From positions 85,533 through 149,532 of the IMG/VR virus record IMGVR_UViG_3300034103_001746: a stretch of 64,000 bases of DNA; one strand, 5' to 3'. A program made the translations under genes and the position numbers. Under the pieces are notes generated by a model. That model saw only the letters and a program-made list of their open reading frames with translations. It was not told the DNA's origin and did no database searches. Origin of the DNA: a virus. Below, piece after piece: positions 58,417-64,000 of the stretch (position 1 is the stretch's first letter; the number at the start of each line of letters is the position of its first letter).

Positions 58417-58719
58417 TTACCCTTTCATATTTTTAAGCTTATTAATAGCCGAATCAATCTTTTCTGTTGACTCTTTCTTTTCTCCTAGTTGGGTATATTT
58501 TTTTTCCAAACCATCCGTATCAATATTGGTAACATATTTTTTGTCATCAATATTAATTTGTGTAGCAGTAAGTGTATTCTGGTCAAAAAAAGATTTCGGC
58601 TTAGTATTATATACACCATTATTTTGGCCTATTTTTGCCAAAACATATCCCATAAAGAAGAATAGGATATTTGTTAATATCAGAATACAAATAATAATAT
58701 TACTTGTGTTGTCTAGCAT
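58417..58719 (-). CDS. Single-TM protein upstream of the actin gene
   Basis: N-terminal TM; C-terminal amphipathic SAINKLKNMKG. Confidence 0.7.
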   Translation of the reverse strand: MLDNTSNIIICILILTNILFFFMGYVLAKIGQNNGVYNTKPKSFFDQNTLTATQINIDDKKYVTNIDTDGLEKKYTQLGEKKESTEKIDSAINKLKNMKG

Positions 58720-59101
58720 CGTTTATCCATGTTAAATATTTGACCTTACCCTTATATCCAACATAGATTGATACTTCAACTTTATCTTTTATGATCCTTG
58801 AGTCTGGCAAACTTTTAACTCCATATTCTTTAGCAAGATCTTTATCTTTGTCTATATCTATAGAACATACAATGAAATCATCTAATGCTTTGGCAGCATC
58901 TTCATCCTCTAAATCTTTATGAAGAACACCACAGTATCGACACCAATCTGCCCCGAATATTACTAGCACAGGTTTCTTTGAAGATTCTGATAATGCAATA
59001 GCATCTACCAGATTATTCATGAAATATGCGTTTTCTCCATAAGCCCTATCGCTAATCATGCCTAGCATAATGACAAATAGTAATAGGGTTTTCTTTATCA
59101 T
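58700..59101 (-). CDS. Secreted thioredoxin-family protein
   Basis: Signal peptide; KPVLVIFGADWCRYC; YGVKSLP. Confidence 0.88.
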   Translation of the reverse strand: MIKKTLLLFVIMLGMISDRAYGENAYFMNNLVDAIALSESSKKPVLVIFGADWCRYCGVLHKDLEDEDAAKALDDFIVCSIDIDKDKDLAKEYGVKSLPDSRIIKDKVEVSIYVGYKGKVKYLTWINDARQHK

Positions 59102-59994
59102 ATGTCACCAATGACTCTACCTTGAGACGTTCTTCGTGCAAAACCTTTTCTAACGAGATAGGGTTCGATGCTATTCTCAATGGTATCTATAGCGATTCCG
59201 GTCATGGACGATATAGACTTAAGACCTAAAGCACTTCCTCTCGACTTCTTTAATACACTAATATACATTCTATCATATATATCTAGACCATTTTTATCTA
59301 TACCTTGAATATTAAAGATCTTATCAATATCATTTTCTTCTGGATGACAAGACTTATAATTTCTATACCATTGAAGTCTCGCGTTAAGAATACGCGGAGT
59401 TCCTTTGCTTCTTTTTGCTATTTCCAATAGATCATCTTCTGAAACAATTAGTCCCAACTTCTCGGCGTTTGACCCTGCTAGTTTAGCAAGTTCATCGTCT
59501 TGATAAAAGGACAGATGCTCTTTAATTTGAAAACGGTCATAAAATGGCTGACTTAATGATCCACCACTAGTTGTTGCTCCCACAACAGTAAACATTGGTA
59601 GATCTATTGTTTCTGGCTTATCTTCTACACTTATACTGAGAACAAAATCTTCCATAACTGGATATAGAAATTCTTCCACTAACTTTGGTAGTCTATGGAT
59701 TTCATCAATAAATAATACTGATCTTGGAGCTATGCTCATTAAATATGGCAATATACTCTTAACATTACGAATATTAGCCGCATTAGTGGTATATAAATTA
59801 ACGTTAAGTTCGTTTGCTATAGCACTCGCTATTGTTGTTTTACCAAGGCCGGGAGGCCCGTCAATTAAAACATGGGGCATCACCGCCTCTGTGTTTTTAC
59901 ACCCGGTCACAGAGACTCTCAGACGCTCTATAACGTCACTTTGGCCGATCACATCATCAAAGGTGGTAGGTCGCAAGTTGTTTTTCATAATCAT
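59098..59994 (-). CDS. ruvB: Holliday junction branch-migration helicase RuvB
   Basis: LRP..FDDVIGQ, GPPGLGKTT, LFIDEIHRL, LYPVMED, GATT, RSKGTPR, EPYL. Confidence 0.95.
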   Translation of the reverse strand: MIMKNNLRPTTFDDVIGQSDVIERLRVSVTGCKNTEAVMPHVLIDGPPGLGKTTIASAIANELNVNLYTTNAANIRNVKSILPYLMSIAPRSVLFIDEIHRLPKLVEEFLYPVMEDFVLSISVEDKPETIDLPMFTVVGATTSGGSLSQPFYDRFQIKEHLSFYQDDELAKLAGSNAEKLGLIVSEDDLLEIAKRSKGTPRILNARLQWYRNYKSCHPEENDIDKIFNIQGIDKNGLDIYDRMYISVLKKSRGSALGLKSISSMTGIAIDTIENSIEPYLVRKGFARRTSQGRVIGDI

Positions 59995-60419
59995 CCTCCA
60001 AATAGTACAAGTGTATTTTTTACCAATTTACCACAATCTAGTTCTGGATTCTTAGAGTAGCTATCTTTTAGTAGTTTCTCGGCTTCGTCTTTGTCAAATC
60101 CATATCCAACTAAAATTTTGATCGATTTTTCTAATAGATAAGAAGGAATTGATTTATCGTCATTATCTATAGCAGATGACTTTGTGACCTCTTTTCTCTT
60201 TGTAGTTTTTGAGACTGAAGAAGCATAAGTGATCTTTATTGTCTTGATTCTTTTGGGTTTGAATACTAGCGCACAATCACATACAACCTTAAAATTTTTT
60301 GTTTGGGTTTCTTTTAAGGATAACCAATGATGATATCCACAATCTTTATTTGGACAAGCATACTTAATATGCAAATCAATATCAATCGGTTTCTGGTTTT
60401 TCAGCGTTTTTGTTTTCAT
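59991..60419 (-). CDS. Zn-ribbon protein with RuvA C-terminal (RuvB-binding) domain
   Basis: CPNKDC...CDC N-terminus; SIKILVGYGFDKDEA...LVKNTL resembles RuvA domain III; directly upstream of ruvB. Confidence 0.7.
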   Translation of the reverse strand: MKTKTLKNQKPIDIDLHIKYACPNKDCGYHHWLSLKETQTKNFKVVCDCALVFKPKRIKTIKITYASSVSKTTKRKEVTKSSAIDNDDKSIPSYLLEKSIKILVGYGFDKDEAEKLLKDSYSKNPELDCGKLVKNTLVLFGG

Positions 60420-60804
60420 CTTTTATCCAAAATACAAAATCGTTTGAGTTTTCATCAAATGCTGTTTCTACCAAGCCCTTATTTACTAGAGTATTTAGTA
60501 AATTACTAATCATTCTGTCATTAAGGGACTGAATCATATCGAAATATATTATATCAGAAACTAAATATCTAGTCTCATTGGTTTTTTTATTTTTTTGTTT
60601 TTTTAATAAACTTTTAGCTATAATCATTGATTCATCATGAGATAAGATGCTATTAAATTCGTCTTCATCTTCTGGTTTAATATCGTCTAATAAATTATCT
60701 ATCTCATTATTTTCATCACTATGTCCAAAATTATTGAATACCATAGCTCTTGTTTTATCAACAAATTCACCTATATTTTTAATCACATACCATTCTTCAT
60801 TCAT
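60382..60804 (-). CDS. Hypothetical protein
   Basis: 140-aa ORF; winged-helix-like C-terminal LVNKGLVE. Confidence 0.6.
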   Translation of the reverse strand: MNEEWYVIKNIGEFVDKTRAMVFNNFGHSDENNEIDNLLDDIKPEDEDEFNSILSHDESMIIAKSLLKKQKNKKTNETRYLVSDIIYFDMIQSLNDRMISNLLNTLVNKGLVETAFDENSNDFVFWIKDENKNAEKPETD

Positions 60805-60812
60805 ATTTCACC

Positions 60813-61235
60813 TTAGTTTAGGATATCGAATAATCCTTTATAGTATATTGGTTGACCAACAAAATGTTTAGCATGGGCCTGTAAATGTAATTTATATTCA
60901 ATATTTATTGGATCATTAATAAAATATTTCTTTTTCCATACTTGCTGACCGTCATAATTGGACCCCAAATACTGGAAAGAACTATCCTTTCCAGCATTGG
61001 GATTCCAACTATTCACAGGAACACTAAACACAGGAAAGCCAGGAATATTATTTATTAATGGTACAGATGGTATCTGACTCCAGTCTATATCACTAAACAT
61101 ATCTGTTAACCATTTTGATAATGGATTGTCAGCAGATACATTAAACTTAAAATAATAATAAGGATTGGCGGATGGATGATCATAATCATATTGATCATCG
61201 TCATATTCATCCTCACCATCATAATCTTCATACAT
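60813..61235 (-). CDS. Hypothetical protein with acidic N-terminus
   Basis: 140-aa ORF with AAAGGAAG SD. Confidence 0.65.
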   Translation of the reverse strand: MYEDYDGEDEYDDDQYDYDHPSANPYYYFKFNVSADNPLSKWLTDMFSDIDWSQIPSVPLINNIPGFPVFSVPVNSWNPNAGKDSSFQYLGSNYDGQQVWKKKYFINDPINIEYKLHLQAHAKHFVGQPIYYKGLFDILN

Positions 61236-61249
61236 AATACTTCCTTTAA

Positions 61250-61306
61250 AAAGTGGTGATGGAATCGAACCATCCTTTAACTAGTATCCGCCCAGCGGCC
61301 CACTTT
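61250..61306 (-). ncRNA. tRNA-like (T-loop) structured RNA element lacking an anticodon arm
   Basis: AAAGTGG / CCGC-TGG-GCGG / 13-nt linker / GATGG-TTCGATT-CCATC / A-CCACTTT. Confidence 0.5.
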
Positions 61307-61316
61307 CTTCCAACGA

Positions 61317-62177
61317 TCAATACTGATCGTCGTAATCCTCGTCATCATAATCTACATCTTCAGACTCATCATCAAACTGATCCCAGTATGATTCATCAAG
61401 ATCATAATTATCTTCATCATAATCTTCATCTTCATCGTAACTAAAATCAGATGAATACAGAGGCTTGAGCAATTCGCCTTGATACTCTCCGACTACTTCA
61501 TATCGGCAAGTACGAAGTTTCTCACAATTACAATCACTTGGAACACTTACAACATCACGCGGATTAATCTTGACAATCACAATACGGTCGCCAGATTCTA
61601 CAGACCCATAACCGGCCACATAATTCAATGCTCCAGCATGAAGTCCATCAGAGCATCCTCTTGCACGATCATCGTCAACTTTTGCTCGCTGCATTTTAAC
61701 AACTTGACCAACACTATTATCAAACGTTCCACGATACTTATCCTTAAAATCACCCCTAACTGCCTTATAGGCCAGAAAGTGACCATCCTCAGTAATTGGC
61801 AGATGTTCATGCTCAAGGAAATCATAAAGTTCCTTCTGACTCTGCATACTAGGATTTTCCATAAGATTATGAAGGAAATTAGTAAGAGGCTGAAAAGGTA
61901 GACCCTTACTCATAAACTCCAGAATACGCTTGCTAATACTACCATGAACAACTTCACCCTCATAAGTAACCTGACCATTCTTGATTTCAACAAGACCATC
62001 ACTAAATGTAGCAATAGCCTTTTCCACATCAACAATTTCTAGCAACTCATCAGCGGTTGCTGTTGGCAAACGCTCAACAATCATCTTGTAATTGATATGA
62101 TCTGGCAAAACCTGGTAACTCTTGTTATTAAGAACAAGCGTCAAATTACCATCAACAAACATAAACGGAACAGACAT
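61317..62177 (-). CDS. rIIB: rIIB-like protein
   Basis: ENPS...ELYDFL...ITEDGHFLAYKAV...DNSVG...CSDGLH...VKINPRDVVSVP...RTCRYEV. Confidence 0.9.
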   Translation of the reverse strand: MSVPFMFVDGNLTLVLNNKSYQVLPDHINYKMIVERLPTATADELLEIVDVEKAIATFSDGLVEIKNGQVTYEGEVVHGSISKRILEFMSKGLPFQPLTNFLHNLMENPSMQSQKELYDFLEHEHLPITEDGHFLAYKAVRGDFKDKYRGTFDNSVGQVVKMQRAKVDDDRARGCSDGLHAGALNYVAGYGSVESGDRIVIVKINPRDVVSVPSDCNCEKLRTCRYEVVGEYQGELLKPLYSSDFSYDEDEDYDEDNYDLDESYWDQFDDESEDVDYDDEDYDDQY

Positions 62178-62209
62178 AATTAAACTCCTTAGTGTTACTT
62201 ACCTGTGAA

Positions 62210-64000
62210 TTACTTAATCAAACTACTCAACTGAATCTTGAACAGATCAACGCTATCACTATCCATTTGACCAAACCAATCCTTGTTATTATCAGTATAA
62301 TAACTAGAACGAGAGCCAAGACCAGAGATAGGATTTTTATTGGTCAAATCTCTAATCGTACCACTGACTTGATTCGTTCCCATAATGTACTTGATCATCG
62401 GATTCTTGTCAATAGCGTCTTTAATCATTTTCTTAACTTCAGACGCTTTTGGCAATTGATACTTAGTCTTAGTCTGTGACTTTATAATCTTAATATACTT
62501 ATCACTATCTGTCTTATAGACACGATCTTCAATCATATCAATTAGCCTATGATACTCTATATTAGTAGTACGAATATTTTCACTATCAATCTTATCAATA
62601 CCAATCGTTTGTAGAATAGTATTCATATGATCAAAATACGCTTCCTTAGTAAATTTTGTAATATCATACTTAAATCTATGAATAGTATCGGCAAAAAATT
62701 CTGTAATCAAGTAATAATTGACAGCATCAACCATATCTTGATTTTTGATAAACTTAGCATAGTCCAAACCAAAAATATTCAACATATGATATGCGAATTG
62801 ATGCAAGACTGTGCCGTGATTATAGTATCTATAATTATTAGAGGTATCATTTTCATGAAATTGCTCCCGACAGTATTCCACCAGATCGTTATAAGATATG
62901 ACGCTATCAAAACGACTCTTAATTTTCTTTAGACTATCCATAAAGAAGTCATTAAATGGAATCATATTGTATCCATCATCTGACATTTTCTTTACAAGAC
63001 TACTCTTGATAGCATAAATCTTAGTATTTCCAAACATATCTTTGATTAGATTCTTCATTGAAGCATCATTAATCATAATATTTAGTTCGGAAATCATAGG
63101 TAGATTTTCATTATCATTACTCTTATAGCGAGTAATAGGAATATATACAATATCTTCACTATCACTAAAATCATCAAGTTCAGTCTGTGTTAGTGTCTTT
63201 AGATATTTAGCATCATTATATTGATTAGTAATGTTACCGCTATCCTTAGATGCACCATAGATAAAGAATACATCTTGGTCGCTAACACTACCCTGACTAC
63301 TTCTTGTGCTTTTCTTTCTTGGAGTATTGCTTTGGCTAAGGTGCTTATAATCAGAAACCTTGAGAATATTATGCTGACCAACATCCTCAATAAGTTGATC
63401 AAAACCTTCACTACTCTGAGTGTGATCCTTAGTATCAAGCATCATATAACCAAAACAATCATTTTGATTACAATACTTGGTAACGATCTTTTTGGCTGTT
63501 TCTTCGCTCTTAACATCACACACAAAGAAAGCGATCTTGCCATTTTTCTTGGCACTATAGTAGTAGCCATAGCCCTTACCAGTTAGTGTTTCATTATGGA
63601 TTTTATCCGTAAGAGCCACCAATCTGCGTGACCTATAGCCAGAACTCCTATAGTTAAAAACATACAGACTCTTTCCAGCAGGAATTTTATATTCCAGATC
63701 ATTACCAGAATTAATAGAATGACTCTTGCCCTTTCTATCTGTCCACGAAGCACCCACTCCCCATCCACCAGCAAGTTCATTCAGTGTATAATATGTTGTA
63801 ATTGCTTCAACTTTAGTTTTGGCATCAGCAATCTTTTGAGTAAACATACTCTTGAGTTCAGTAAAAATCTCCTGAGTCTTTTCTCTCAGACTTTTCTTGA
63901 CTTGCTTGGTATACTGCAATCCTTCTCTTGAAACATCCATTTCAAGTTCACCAATACCAAAATCCAACTCAAGATAAAGACCAGAATTGATAATTTCATG
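62210..64000 (-). CDS. rIIA: rIIA-like protein (5'-truncated by the window)
   Basis: FGIGELEMDVSREGLQY motif; upstream of rIIB; frame open to the window end. Confidence 0.8.
   Translation of the reverse strand, partial: HEIINSGLYLELDFGIGELEMDVSREGLQYTKQVKKSLREKTQEIFTELKSMFTQKIADAKTKVEAITTYYTLNELAGGWGVGASWTDRKGKSHSINSGNDLEYKIPAGKSLYVFNYRSSGYRSRRLVALTDKIHNETLTGKGYGYYYSAKKNGKIAFFVCDVKSEETAKKIVTKYCNQNDCFGYMMLDTKDHTQSSEGFDQLIEDVGQHNILKVSDYKHLSQSNTPRKKSTRSSQGSVSDQDVFFIYGASKDSGNITNQYNDAKYLKTLTQTELDDFSDSEDIVYIPITRYKSNDNENLPMISELNIMINDASMKNLIKDMFGNTKIYAIKSSLVKKMSDDGYNMIPFNDFFMDSLKKIKSRFDSVISYNDLVEYCREQFHENDTSNNYRYYNHGTVLHQFAYHMLNIFGLDYAKFIKNQDMVDAVNYYLITEFFADTIHRFKYDITKFTKEAYFDHMNTILQTIGIDKIDSENIRTTNIEYHRLIDMIEDRVYKTDSDKYIKIIKSQTKTKYQLPKASEVKKMIKDAIDKNPMIKYIMGTNQVSGTIRDLTNKNPISGLGSRSSYYTDNNKDWFGQMDSDSVDLFKIQLSSLIK

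Noticed and set aside
61250-61306. Functional tRNA gene
   Set aside because: Only ~57 nt, with no anticodon arm; reported as a tRNA-like element instead.
1568-63931. Numerous opposite-strand or alternate-frame ORFs in the track (e.g. 1568..2137, 13171..13590, 42313..42705, 61479..61901)
   Set aside because: They lie within well-supported genes, lack motifs, and look like shadow ORFs.
1-64000. Stop-codon reassignment (common in some large phages)
   Set aside because: Conserved genes are full length in code 11, and TAA, TGA and TAG all end genes at expected positions. The dnaE split has whole genes in between, so it is not read-through.

Overview
This is an AT-rich (roughly 30% GC by eye), gene-dense segment of a large tailed-phage (jumbo/huge-phage-like) genome, using the standard code 11. 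Almost everything from 4323 onward is on the minus strand. In transcription order (right to left) it holds: rIIA/rIIB; a Zn-ribbon/RuvA-CTD gene plus ruvB; a secreted thioredoxin; a membrane protein plus a volactin-like actin; a secreted trypsin; a macrodomain/NDT/SET/guaC/GT4 cluster; small modular proteins and a Bfr-like protein; a sigma factor; ClpP and a DeoC-like protein; a host-type DUF1552 gene; a holin plus papain-peptidase (putative lysis) block; a beta-helix protein; dCMP deaminase; a methylated-deoxysugar cassette; class II RNR, phoH, recA, dnaB, primase, dNMP kinase and a PD-(D/E)XK nuclease; an intein-less split dnaE with dnaQ between the halves; ssb; a glycosyltransferase cluster; an endonuclease and a putative annealing protein. 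The plus-strand left end encodes a 5'-truncated Cys-rich protein, probably a virion component. Several genes point to a Planctomycetota-like host (inference). No CRISPR array, rRNA, complete tRNA, intein or IS element was recognised. All family calls come from motif recognition without database searches.
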